Origin: an uncultured virus (IMG/VR IMGVR_UViG_3300014159_000004)
Lineage: Duplodnaviria; Heunggongvirae; Uroviricota; Caudoviricetes
IMG/VR virus record: IMGVR_UViG_3300014159_000004
DNA: 64,000 bases
Strand: one strand, 5' to 3'
The notes beneath the pieces were generated by a model. That model ran no database searches. It was not told where the DNA came from and saw only the letters and a list, made by a program, of their open reading frames with translations. Positions 41,625 to 51,157 of this stretch are shown piece by piece. The first letter of the stretch is position 1. The number at the start of each line of letters is the position of its first letter. Position numbers and translations under genes: made by a program.

Positions 41625-42295
41625 TCATCGTAGACAAGCCCGTGGAAGGCGTAAAAACCGACGCACGCATGCACCCTGCCGGTCGAGAGGGATCGCTCCT
41701 ATCGCTCAAGGAAGTCGCCGAGCGCTCGTGGAAGAGTCGGATGTCTCCGCGCTTGCGCGCGTGGACGACGCAGAAGCTCGCCGAGGTGGGCGTGTCGACC
41801 GGATCGCGCCGACAGAAGGGTCAGGCGGTCCTCGACGCGTTTCGTAAGAAGGTGCCGTACGTCGCTGACCCGGTGCTCGGCGAGTTCATGGAGACTCCAG
41901 AGCAGACCCTCTGCTTGGACGAGGGAGGTCTCTGCTTCATCGGCACCGACTGCGACGGCGCAGCCATCACACTCGCAGCCGCGATGATGTCGATCGGGAT
42001 CCCAGCGATGATCGTCGGCTCGTCGCACAAGCACCCGTACGACGTCCCGACGCACGTCTTCATGGCGTTCCAGGACGAGCAGGGCGACTGGGTCCGCATG
42101 GACGGCACGACCAAGCACCCGGTCGGGCGCGTCGGCAAGCACGAGCGCGAATTTTGGGTGGAGCCGGGCGCGGAGGCGAAGGATCGCGGCGAGGGCGACT
42201 TTGTCGGCATGGCGGGCGGCAGCGAGGTCGGCGTCGGGTCGGCGCGCGTGCTCGCCGTGAGCACGCTCGACCTGCTCTACCCGTCGTTCAAGTAA
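41621..42295 (+). CDS. transglutaminase-like cysteine protease
   Basis: YVADP..E...P..TL, DCD (Cys), THVF (His), WVRMDGT (Asp) triad order. Confidence 0.82.
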   Translation: MIIVDKPVEGVKTDARMHPAGREGSLLSLKEVAERSWKSRMSPRLRAWTTQKLAEVGVSTGSRRQKGQAVLDAFRKKVPYVADPVLGEFMETPEQTLCLDEGGLCFIGTDCDGAAITLAAAMMSIGIPAMIVGSSHKHPYDVPTHVFMAFQDEQGDWVRMDGTTKHPVGRVGKHEREFWVEPGAEAKDRGEGDFVGMAGGSEVGVGSARVLAVSTLDLLYPSFK

Positions 42296-42321
42296 CTCGC
42301 GCGACGCAGCGTCGCATCGTC

Positions 42322-42424
42322 GCTTGCAACCGTTGCATCCGCGGCTTGCAACCGTTGCATCGATGCTTGCAACCGGCGTGCTCCTGTTGCATCCGTGCCT
42401 TGCAACTGGATGCTCCCGTTGCAC
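42322..42424. repeat. intergenic array of TTGCAAC/GTTGCA inverted half-sites
   Basis: GCTTGCAACCGTTGCATC at 42322 and 42344, then two longer-spaced variants. Confidence 0.75.
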
Positions 42425-42761
42425 ACCTCCGAGCGCCGACAATCCGAACTAAGGACTACCCGGGACATACCGGAGTATTCTGTTTACGGACTGCGCATCG
42501 CGCGCGCGATCGAAATCCGAAGAGTCGATCGCGCGCCGCGCACTGACCTCTCGGTCGCGTCGCGAAGCGGCGACACGTCACGCCGGTAAGTTCACGACTT
42601 CACGGCTGTTTTTCCTGAACTCACGCGCCGCACCACCGCGCGGAGATCGGCCTCGTCAGCACTGCAATCTGCACGCGAAAATTCGAGTCGATCGCGCGCG
42701 ATCGACCAAAACTGTTTGACGCATCCAGAGCGCATTGTGAGCCTTCTTCTACGTTGAAGAC

Positions 42762-45700
42762 ATGGGTCTCTACGCGCACCGCCTCGCCGAACTCTCCGCT
42801 GCGCGCGAGCGCGCCGGACGGCGCGCACCGGTGCGCCCGAGTGGACCTACAGACCGCCGCCGCCCGTACGCGCCGCCGCGCCGCGACAGCCGCGCCGCGC
42901 CGCGCCGGCACGACGTGCGCATCGGCACCGTCATCCCGAGCACCTACGTCCCGCCTCCCCCGCCACCGCCGGACACCTACGTCGAGGCCAAGCGCAAGTC
43001 TGCGATGCAGACCCAGTCGCTGCTCTTCAGTCGCGCCGACGGCTGGACCGAGAGCAAGGCGAAAGAGTGGGCGAAGGAGCACGGGTACAAGTCGAACAAG
43101 GTGGACGTCACCGACCAGTACATCCGCCTGCGCCAACTCGACCCGAAGAAATTCACTGTCAAGCGGACAGTTCCGTTTGGCAAGGGCATCCGCGCCGTAG
43201 TCGCTCGTGAGGAACCAATGCCGACCAAGAAGAAGAAGTCGACCCGTCGTCCCGCAGCCAAGCGCACCGCCGCCAAGCGCAAGCCCGCGCCGCGCAAGCA
43301 CGCGGTGAAGCCCAAGTCGGCTCCGAAGCGGTCGGCCGCGCGCAAGCGCTCCAAGAAGGCGACGGTCGTCGCCGCGCGCCGGCGCCCGCGCATGGCCCGC
43401 GAGGTCGGTCGGGTCGTGGCCGCGAAGCGGCGCCCGGCGCGCCGCGTGCGCGAGGTCCGGGCGGCCGCCGAGGCGCGCCGGCGCAAACCTCGCGTGCGCG
43501 AGGTCCCGGTGGTCGCCGAGGCGAAGCGCAAGCCGGCCAGCTACGTGATGGCCAAGCGCCGCCCCGCGCCCAAGCGCCACCGGGCCGCCAAGCACAAGGT
43601 GCAGGCGTGGTTCGGCGACAGCGCGGGTCACAGCAAGGCCGCGAAGAAGGGCTGGAAGACGCGCAAGGGCCACAAGGCCAGCAAGGTGACCCGCAAGGCC
43701 GCCGAGTCGCGCCGCCGCCCGAAGAAGCACCACCGCGTCCGCGAGACGATGACCGTCCAGGCGCGCCGGCGCCCGAAGAAGCACCACCGCGCCCGCGAGA
43801 CGATGACCGTCCAGGCGCGTCGTCGCCCGAAGAAGCACCACCGCGCCCGCGAGACGATGACCGTCCAGGCACGCCGCCGTCCGAAGAAGCACCACCTCGC
43901 CCGCGAGGCGTCGTCGGTGGTCCGCTCGAAGGCGCGCCGCAGCTACGTCCGCGCGCCGAGCATGCGCAGCATCGGGCGATCGGCGCTCGACATGGGACTC
44001 GAGCTCGGGCTCGGGGTCGCCGGCTACCTGCTCGCCGACGGCGTCGACCGCTTCCTCGCGACCTACGACCCGGCCAACGCGGCCAAGGCCGGCCCGAACA
44101 AGTTCACCTCGGACGGCACGGGCATGCTGGGCAACTCGCTCAACGTCGCCTCGGCGCCCGACTGGAAGCGCTACGCCAGCCTCGTCGGGCTGACGCTCAT
44201 GCCGCTCGGCGGCTCGCTCTTCATCGAGAACAAGACGATCCGCTCCTCGGTGGAGGGGATCGGTCTCGGCGCCGGCATCAAGCTGGCGACGACGCTCTGG
44301 GAGAGCCTGCTGATGCCGCTGCTCGTCGGCAAGGACACGAGCGCGCCAGCCCTGCAGAAGAGCTGGGTCGCGCGCCTGTACCCCGCCGAGGTCTCGGCGG
44401 CCCTCAACGAGAAGGCCGGGAAGGCCGCGGTCTCGAGCGGCGGCGCCAACAGCACGGCCGGCACGCTCTCGGGCGGCGCCGATCGCGATGCGGGCCCGTT
44501 CGCGCTCGCCGGTCGCTTCGACCACGGTCGCGGCGGTCGCGAGTGGGTGAGGCCCAACCAGTGGCAGATGCCGGACGTGCCGGTGTACGACCCGAACGCG
44601 GTCGTCGTCGATCCGGACGCGGTCCCGGTCGCCGTCCAGCCGGCGTGGCCCGCGCACTTCGGCGAGCGGCACCGCTGGGGCCTGCGCGGCGTCGGCGACG
44701 CGGTGCAGGACGTGGCGCAGACCATCGCGGCGCAGACCGGCGTGCACCCGGCGCACGCCGTCAACGCGGCGATGCACGTGGCCGGCGAGCCGCACGACAT
44801 CACGCAGGCGCTCCGACGCGCGCTGCCGCACATCCGCCGCGAGATCCTGGCCGAGTGTGCCCGGCACGTGCACCCGCACGTGGTCCGGATGCACGGCCAC
44901 GCCCGCCACCCGCGCGAGCACGCCGAGTGGGAGGGCGAGCGGGCTGCCGAGGGCTTCCCGCCGCCCGCGCACGACGCACCGGAGCATGAGTGGCGCGAGT
45001 GGCACGGCAAGCGCGCGGCCGCGGACCTGCCCGCGGCTCCGCCCCCGCCCGAGCCGCCGGCCGCTGCCCCACGGACGCCGGAGCACCTGCGCACTCGGAG
45101 TGAGTGGCAGCCGAAGTCCGACCGCACGATCACCTTCGAACGGTTCGCGACCACCCAGCAGGCGCTGGGGATCGGCGGACCGGGAGGCCCCGCCGCGAGC
45201 GGCTACCCGGGCCAGCCGGGTCTCGGCTGCCTCGGCGACGCCTTCGCCGACGCAGCGCAGAGCGCGGCGGCCACCATCCCGGACATGCCGCTCGAGAACG
45301 CGGTCAACGTGGCGGCCCACGCGGCGACCGAGCCGTTCAGCTGCGACCGAGCGATCGAGCGCGCGATGCCGTTCGTCCGCCGCGAGCTCACCCGAGCCTG
45401 CGCGGAGAACATGACCCCGTACATCCGCCAGTTGACCGGGATCCCGCTCCCGCCCGAGGCTGCGGCCCCGCCGCCTCCGCCGCCGGGCGCGCCCGAGCTG
45501 CCCGCGCCGCCGGCGCCGCCGGTCATCGAGTTCGTGCCGTCGCCGCCTCCGCCGAGCTGGACCCGCTCGGAGGCGGAGTGGCACGACGAGGAGCGTCGCA
45601 ACTGGGACCGCACGCACGGCGGTCACGCCGTCGTGGCGGCCGCGACGCACGCGGCCGAGGCTGCGGCCGCACCGCACCCCGACGCGCAGAAGCCCGCCGT

Positions 45701-46100
45701 GCAGGCGGCCGTGCACGCCATCGCCGACAAGGCCGCGCAGGCGGCATCCGCGGCGCCTCCCGGCACGCCTCCGGCGGAGGTCCACGCCGCTGCCCACGAG
45801 GCTGCGAAGGTGGAGGCCGCCGAGCACCCGGCGGTCGCTGCGCACCCGGCCGTCAAGGCCGCCGTCGCAGCGGCGCCGCCCGCAGCGGCGCACGCCGTCG
45901 CTGCGCAAGCGGCGCCGGTGGCCGGCGTCCACGGAGTCGGCAACCCGCCCCGCAACCTGCCGGTCGGGCCGCCCAAGATCGGCAAGTCCGGCCCGCGCGT
46001 GCCCCAGCACGAGTCGGAGTGCGGCTGCCTCGACGACAGCCCGTACCTCGGCTTCGTCGGCGACGAAGTCGAAGAGGACCAGCTGTTCACCCTGAGCTGA
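42762..46100 (+). CDS. putative virion core/DNA-condensing polyprotein
   Basis: globular N-terminal domain, about 250 aa K/R-rich region, hydrophobic segments, duplicated helical domain, Ala/His/Pro tail. Confidence 0.75.
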   Translation: MGLYAHRLAELSAARERAGRRAPVRPSGPTDRRRPYAPPRRDSRAAPRRHDVRIGTVIPSTYVPPPPPPPDTYVEAKRKSAMQTQSLLFSRADGWTESKAKEWAKEHGYKSNKVDVTDQYIRLRQLDPKKFTVKRTVPFGKGIRAVVAREEPMPTKKKKSTRRPAAKRTAAKRKPAPRKHAVKPKSAPKRSAARKRSKKATVVAARRRPRMAREVGRVVAAKRRPARRVREVRAAAEARRRKPRVREVPVVAEAKRKPASYVMAKRRPAPKRHRAAKHKVQAWFGDSAGHSKAAKKGWKTRKGHKASKVTRKAAESRRRPKKHHRVRETMTVQARRRPKKHHRARETMTVQARRRPKKHHRARETMTVQARRRPKKHHLAREASSVVRSKARRSYVRAPSMRSIGRSALDMGLELGLGVAGYLLADGVDRFLATYDPANAAKAGPNKFTSDGTGMLGNSLNVASAPDWKRYASLVGLTLMPLGGSLFIENKTIRSSVEGIGLGAGIKLATTLWESLLMPLLVGKDTSAPALQKSWVARLYPAEVSAALNEKAGKAAVSSGGANSTAGTLSGGADRDAGPFALAGRFDHGRGGREWVRPNQWQMPDVPVYDPNAVVVDPDAVPVAVQPAWPAHFGERHRWGLRGVGDAVQDVAQTIAAQTGVHPAHAVNAAMHVAGEPHDITQALRRALPHIRREILAECARHVHPHVVRMHGHARHPREHAEWEGERAAEGFPPPAHDAPEHEWREWHGKRAAADLPAAPPPPEPPAAAPRTPEHLRTRSEWQPKSDRTITFERFATTQQALGIGGPGGPAASGYPGQPGLGCLGDAFADAAQSAAATIPDMPLENAVNVAAHAATEPFSCDRAIERAMPFVRRELTRACAENMTPYIRQLTGIPLPPEAAAPPPPPPGAPELPAPPAPPVIEFVPSPPPPSWTRSEAEWHDEERRNWDRTHGGHAVVAAATHAAEAAAAPHPDAQKPAVQAAVHAIADKAAQAASAAPPGTPPAEVHAAAHEAAKVEAAEHPAVAAHPAVKAAVAAAPPAAAHAVAAQAAPVAGVHGVGNPPRNLPVGPPKIGKSGPRVPQHESECGCLDDSPYLGFVGDEVEEDQLFTLS
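43710..43907 (+). repeat. 54-bp coding tandem repeat (RRRPKKHHR[VA]RETMTVQA x3 plus partial)
   Basis: units start at 43710, 43764, 43818 and 43872. Confidence 0.9.
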
Positions 46101-46198
46101 GAAGCTCGCAAAAAACCAACGACCCCTAGCGAAGAAGCAACAACCAACTCCCCGCGGCGGACCAAGGAAACGGCGGGGAAGCGAAAGAGAGAACGACC

Positions 46199-47494
46199 AT
46201 GGCGAGGAACGTGAGCGGTTTGAGCAAGAAGTCGATCAAGTACGGCGGCGAGAGCCGCGAGAAGGTCCAGCGGGTGCCGTTCGGCCTGGGCGCCCCGCCC
46301 GGCGACGAGGCGGCCGCCCAGAAGTGCCTGCGCTGCGGGTTCGGCAACGTGCCCGTGGTCGAGGAGGTGGTCTGGACGATCCCGCTGCCGCTGACCAGCG
46401 AGCAGGCGACCACGACCTTCGGCGACACGGTCAACCCGCTCAGCGGGTCCTCCGCGGTCCCCGGCGTCGCGTCGATCGACTCGACGTTCCTCATCAACGG
46501 CATCCTGCAGACCGACATCCTGACCCAGGGCATCGGCGTGCACGTGTTCTGCGAGCCGACGTCGTTCTCCACGATCGGCAACGCCTGGTCGGCGCCGTCG
46601 ACCACCACCGCTCCGCCGCCGTCTCCCGACGTGTTCACGGTCAACGACATCACCAACGGCGCGATGGGTGGACTCGTCGCGGAGGACCTCGCCTCCTTCT
46701 CTCCCGCCGTCTTCGAGTGGGGCGCGGCGACCTGGCGCGCGGGATGGAACTTCATCAACGCGTATCAATTTCAATGGAAAACGTCGCAGCGTGAGCTCGT
46801 GCTCAACGAACTCGCCGCGGACATCAGCTACTTCGGGTCCTTCGCGGACGCCGAGGCGAGCGGCACGAGCGAGCTGCCGGTCATCGAGTTCGTGGCGCTG
46901 GTCAACGCGCAGTACCGCGCGCAGGACTCCGCGACGATCTTCCTGCCGGTCAACTTCCGGCGCGTCGGCAGCGTGACGGGCGCGTTCCCGTACGTCACCG
47001 GCGACAACCTCGGCATCTTCCACCCGACGCGCGACTTCGACCTCGCGCCGGTCACCTGGGGTGGCCTCAGGTGGCAGGGGTACGGCTGCCGCGGTCAGAT
47101 GTACCGGCAGATCGAGTCGCCCTGCTTCCTCGAGCGCGGTATCCCCATCGGGATGATCTTCATTGCGCAAGACGCGGTCCATCAAGCCCAGATGATCGAG
47201 GCGCTCACGATCGACAACGAGCCGTTCGGCACGAACGTCGTGCCGGACGTGAACGTCAGCGACACCACCCTCACGTCCACCGACGTGGGTCCCGGCGCGC
47301 TGCCGGTCATGCTGGAGCAGACGCTCGACGCGACCCCGGTCAGCGTCTCGCAGTCGGTCAACGTCAACCGCCAGATCTTCAAGGGCGGCATCTTCAAGCT
47401 CGGCATCAAGATCAAGGGCTGGGAGATGCCCGGCGGGTGGAAGAGCTACTGCGCGGAGAAGGGCATCCGCGGGATGCACCACGCGGGCGCCTGA
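46199..47494 (+). CDS. candidate major capsid protein (possibly jelly-roll type)
   Basis: 431 aa, beta-rich, strong codon bias, purine-rich leader, strong terminator downstream; gene is secure, function inferred. Confidence 0.5.
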   Translation: MARNVSGLSKKSIKYGGESREKVQRVPFGLGAPPGDEAAAQKCLRCGFGNVPVVEEVVWTIPLPLTSEQATTTFGDTVNPLSGSSAVPGVASIDSTFLINGILQTDILTQGIGVHVFCEPTSFSTIGNAWSAPSTTTAPPPSPDVFTVNDITNGAMGGLVAEDLASFSPAVFEWGAATWRAGWNFINAYQFQWKTSQRELVLNELAADISYFGSFADAEASGTSELPVIEFVALVNAQYRAQDSATIFLPVNFRRVGSVTGAFPYVTGDNLGIFHPTRDFDLAPVTWGGLRWQGYGCRGQMYRQIESPCFLERGIPIGMIFIAQDAVHQAQMIEALTIDNEPFGTNVVPDVNVSDTTLTSTDVGPGALPVMLEQTLDATPVSVSQSVNVNRQIFKGGIFKLGIKIKGWEMPGGWKSYCAEKGIRGMHHAGA

Positions 47495-47525
47495 AGCGCG
47501 GAGACGCGCTTGAGCGCCTGAACCA

Positions 47526-47567
47526 GGGCGGCGTGGCGGGATGCGCCGCGCCGCCCTTTCGTTTTTT
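47526..47567 (+). terminator. intrinsic terminator
   Basis: GGGCGGCGTGGCG-ggatg-CGCCGCGCCGCCC stem followed by TTTCGTTTTTT. Confidence 0.85.
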
Positions 47568-47587
47568 GAGATACTCTGGAGGAGCGA

Positions 47588-48187
47588 ATGCAGCCGAAAA
47601 GCGAGAACGTCCGGGACCTGGCGATTTGGGCGCCGAAGATCGCCTACGCGATGGTGGTCGGGGTCCCGCGCGTCCCGTTCGTCGTCGACATCCCGATCCA
47701 GTTCACGTCGAGCGTCGTCGATGCGCCGTACATCGAGGCGAGCTTCGACAACAACCTCACGCAGGACACGCTTGTCGAGAAGATCGCGTTCACGCTCTTC
47801 CAGCAGAACTCGTTTCCTGGGAGCCCGTTCCAGAGCCTGTACTTCAACCAGTTGAAGGGGCAGACGGGCGTCGGCGTGAAGTTCGATGTCTACGGGGCGC
47901 CCCGCTACAGCGTGCAGGACACACCGATCGACCTCGCGAACATGGCCGACGTCCTGGCCGTCACGTGGCCCAACGGCTGGCCGCTCCCGAAGCAGTCGAA
48001 CGTCAAAGTGTCGGCCGTCCTGTTCCAGACGCCGGTGAGCGTACCTTTCGACGTCAACATAACTTTCCTCGGTTGGAGTGCGTTGGACGCGGAAATTGAC
48101 TCACTCTCGGACGACGATGCGCGCTGCCGGCTGCGCAAGCTCGGATTCGAGGTCCCGGACCTGGAAGTTCTTCTGACCAGGCCGTGA
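47588..48187 (+). CDS. beta-rich putative structural protein (minor capsid candidate)
   Basis: GGAGGAG RBS; alternating hydrophobic strands. Confidence 0.55.
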   Translation: MQPKSENVRDLAIWAPKIAYAMVVGVPRVPFVVDIPIQFTSSVVDAPYIEASFDNNLTQDTLVEKIAFTLFQQNSFPGSPFQSLYFNQLKGQTGVGVKFDVYGAPRYSVQDTPIDLANMADVLAVTWPNGWPLPKQSNVKVSAVLFQTPVSVPFDVNITFLGWSALDAEIDSLSDDDARCRLRKLGFEVPDLEVLLTRP

Positions 48188-49272
48188 CTACTCGATTCAC
48201 CTTCTACTGCCACACCAACCGGGTGAACGGCAAACAATACGTCGGCCAAACAGCCTGGACGATGGAGGAGCGTTGGAAATCGCACGTCACGTCAGCGAAA
48301 CTACATCAGGGCTGTCGGGTATTCGGGGCGGCCATTCGCAAGTACGGCCCGGACGCGTTCGATCACGAGATCCTCGAAGTCGTCGTCTGCACGCAGCAAG
48401 AGGCTGACCTCATTGAGACGGAATGGATCAAGCGAAAAGGAAGTCGTGTACCGTTCGGGTACAACCTTACGGCTGGCGGCGGTAGCCACGGTCTCCTCCA
48501 CGAGGACTCCAAGCGTTTGATAGGAGAAGCGTCGAGAAAACGCTTGGCTGGCATGACGCCGGAGCAGCGAACGGAGTTCTTCAAAAAGAACATTCACATC
48601 TACACGCCGGAACGTTTGGCGCGTCATGCGGAGCGGTTTCGATCCAAAGAACACCGCGAGAAGGTGACAGCCGACCAGAAATACTTTTGGTCGAAGCTAT
48701 CGCCCGAAGAGAGGCTCGCTCGCGCTAAGCATATGCACGCTGGCATTTCGGAAGAAAAGAAACACGAGCGCACGCGCAAAGCGTGGGCCAAACTGACACC
48801 AGAAAAGCGCGCAGAACGCATCCGAAACGCCAGCGAGGCCAACGTTCGGGCGTGGAGTCCAGAGAGATCGAAGAAGAGGAGCGAGGCGCAGTCTGCAAGA
48901 CACGCAGCGATTCCGCCTGAACAGCGTCGCGAGGTCGTCAACAAGGCGTGGGTCACTCGTCGCGCGAAATACGGGCAGAGCGGCATGAAGAACCCAGCAC
49001 CAGCCCGAAGTGGTTACGTCAAGCTGACTCCGGAGGAACTGTCAAAACGCCGCAGAAAAAGTTGGGCGAACATGACGCCGGAAGCCTACGACGAGCGGGT
49101 ACGCAAGACTCGGGAAGGCAAACGGCTGGCGCGTCTGGCGAAGTCCGGTCAGCAGCTCGACGCCGAACTCGTCCCCTTCGTCCGCCACTGGCACAAGCGC
49201 GGCCACTCGATCCGGTCGATCGCCCTCGCCTTCGACGTGTCCACCAATGAGATCGAGAGGGCGGTGGCCTGA
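48184..49272 (+). CDS. GIY-YIG homing endonuclease with NUMOD3-like repeats and C-terminal HTH
   Basis: FYCHTNRVNGKQYVGQT...RW.SH, AIRKYG..F, E.EWI, GYNLTAGG; lower GC. Confidence 0.9.
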   Translation: MTTRFTFYCHTNRVNGKQYVGQTAWTMEERWKSHVTSAKLHQGCRVFGAAIRKYGPDAFDHEILEVVVCTQQEADLIETEWIKRKGSRVPFGYNLTAGGGSHGLLHEDSKRLIGEASRKRLAGMTPEQRTEFFKKNIHIYTPERLARHAERFRSKEHREKVTADQKYFWSKLSPEERLARAKHMHAGISEEKKHERTRKAWAKLTPEKRAERIRNASEANVRAWSPERSKKRSEAQSARHAAIPPEQRREVVNKAWVTRRAKYGQSGMKNPAPARSGYVKLTPEELSKRRRKSWANMTPEAYDERVRKTREGKRLARLAKSGQQLDAELVPFVRHWHKRGHSIRSIALAFDVSTNEIERAVA

Positions 49273-50219
49273 TGCCCGGCAGAGACGCCAAGGCCCGAAA
49301 CTGCGGCAGCGCAGAACTCGGCGAGCGCGAGGCGAAGTTGATCCGCCTGGCGCGGTCTCCCGGAGGAATCGCGCGCGGGATCCGCACGCGCTTCTACCCC
49401 GGTCGCCACGAGGTCGTCCCCGCATCGCTCGACCCGTACGTCGCGCTGATCAGCAGCGACCCCTGGGGCTCCCCGGTCGGCACGGGACTCCTGGTCCCGT
49501 CGACGCCGACCGGGTCGCTCGTCCCTGCCGGGGCCTCGCCGTCGCAGTACCGGTACCTGTTTCTGCTCGCCCGCGAGCAGTTCGCGTCCGGCAACACGGG
49601 CGCGCGGCTCACCGGCATCCGGCAGTACGCGGAACTCATGGCGACGGTGGCCGGCACCGACGGGTCCCCGAACACCGTCTTCCGCAAGGAGATCACGAGT
49701 CCGCTCTGGCACCCGCCCGACGGCAACGTCTCCTGGCACGTGATGGTGATCGCGAAAAATCGGATGGTGACGCGCAACGTCCAGAACGCCGACAGCCTCA
49801 AGTTCCGAGACGCGTTCGGCCCGTGCCTGCTCTTCGAGACCTTCGCGGGCCCGCAGTTCGCGCCGACCGCGTACGCGCCGCCGAACGGCGGCCGCCCGTG
49901 GGGCAAGCCCCTCGGCGGCGTGAGCCTGGGCAACATGCACGACCTGCGGTACCGCTGGCGCACCGGCTACCTCGAGCAGATGCTCGACATCCCGGTGCCG
50001 CTGCCGTGCGACGTCGCGCTCTTCGCGAGCGTCCGGCAGAACGACCCGCTGACCAACCCGTGCGCGGGGATCCTGACCTCCTGCCAGCTCGCGGCGCTCG
50101 GTCCCGAGGACCAGTTCCTGACCTCGTTCTGCGGGTCCGCGCAGTACGGCCGCATTGCGGGGTCGCTCGTCTTCAGCGAGACTTCGAGGGACCCCATGGA
50201 CGAGGAGGGCGCGGCATGA
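49272..50219 (+). CDS. putative structural protein
   Basis: TGATG coupling; beta-rich; operon context. Confidence 0.6.
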   Translation: MPGRDAKARNCGSAELGEREAKLIRLARSPGGIARGIRTRFYPGRHEVVPASLDPYVALISSDPWGSPVGTGLLVPSTPTGSLVPAGASPSQYRYLFLLAREQFASGNTGARLTGIRQYAELMATVAGTDGSPNTVFRKEITSPLWHPPDGNVSWHVMVIAKNRMVTRNVQNADSLKFRDAFGPCLLFETFAGPQFAPTAYAPPNGGRPWGKPLGGVSLGNMHDLRYRWRTGYLEQMLDIPVPLPCDVALFASVRQNDPLTNPCAGILTSCQLAALGPEDQFLTSFCGSAQYGRIAGSLVFSETSRDPMDEEGAA

Positions 50220-51157
50220 CCACCGGAGTCGGAGGGTGCGGAGGCGGGTGCCGGGGCGGGTGCGGGGACCTGTCGCACGCGGTGGTCCGGGCGCCTCGGG
50301 CGCCGGGCAGGCTGACGCCGACGCCGGCGCAGGCGGCCAACATCGCGCAGAGCAACGGCTCGTACGGCGACTGGGTCACCGACGTCCCGGTCCAGGGACC
50401 GACCGACGAGGGGATCCGCAGGGCGGGCTGCTGGTGGAAGAACAACGTGCTCGACAAGGTCACCGACGACCAGGGCGCCATGGTGCCCCGGTGGACGCAG
50501 TCGTCCCTACTCTGCCTCGACGGCCGGCCGCTGCAGTCGGGCGTCGGTGGCGAGACGGTCCGGCGCCGCGGGGTGAGTGCGGGCGCGCTCGGCGCGGACC
50601 CAGCGCCCAACGCGCCGCCCGCGGCGACGACGACCAAGCCCGCGGCCTCGCTGCCCGCACCGCCCGGCATCTGGTCCAAGCTCACCGCCGACCAGTCGCA
50701 CTGGGTCGCGACCACGCTGATCGCGCTCAACGACTTCATCGTCAAGGCCGGCAACAAGCTCTGCGCGAGCTGGCCCGCGGACCTCTTGAAGGACGACGCG
50801 TCGGCGACCGCGAAGATGCCCGCGGCGGTCGGGTGCTTCCAGAGCTGGTACAACCTGAACCTCCAGCCGGACGCGCCGCTGCGCACCGACGGCACGCTCG
50901 ACGAGCGGACCGCGTGCGCGCTCGTGGCGACCACGGGCCTGCACGCGAACGACTTCCCGACGCCGTACCCGGGAGTCCTCAAGTGCGGGGGCCTGTCCCT
51001 CTACGCGAAGGTCGGCATCGGCGCCGGCGTCGCGGTCGCCGTGGGCGGGGCCATCGCGGCGGTCGCGGCGGCGAGCCACAAGAAGAAGAAGGCCGCACCC
51101 GCGGCCGCAGCGGAGGCGCGGCGCGGCGCCCAGTACGGAAGGGAGCGACGACGATGA
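50216..51157 (+). CDS. membrane-anchored protein with a peptidoglycan-binding-like domain
   Basis: AVGCFQSWYN...LRTDGTLDERTACAL; C-terminal TM then HKKKK; GAGGAGG RBS. Confidence 0.7.
   Translation: MTTGVGGCGGGCRGGCGDLSHAVVRAPRAPGRLTPTPAQAANIAQSNGSYGDWVTDVPVQGPTDEGIRRAGCWWKNNVLDKVTDDQGAMVPRWTQSSLLCLDGRPLQSGVGGETVRRRGVSAGALGADPAPNAPPAATTTKPAASLPAPPGIWSKLTADQSHWVATTLIALNDFIVKAGNKLCASWPADLLKDDASATAKMPAAVGCFQSWYNLNLQPDAPLRTDGTLDERTACALVATTGLHANDFPTPYPGVLKCGGLSLYAKVGIGAGVAVAVGGAIAAVAAASHKKKKAAPAAAAEARRGAQYGRERRR

Noticed and set aside
42322..42424. Possible CRISPR mini-array
   Set aside because: Repeats are too short and degenerate, spacers are only a few bases, and no cas genes are present.
36919..46010. 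Very long Arg/Ala/Gly-rich ORFs such as 36919..40083(-), 42621..46010(-), 12635..15481(+) and 57743..60085(-)
   Set aside because: Shadow frames expected at this GC content; they overlap better-supported genes with proper GC3 bias and coupling.
48184..49272. Group I intron or intein hosting the GIY-YIG nuclease
   Set aside because: Flanking genes have their own stop and start codons overlapping the nuclease ORF, leaving no room for intron structure; no intein motifs.
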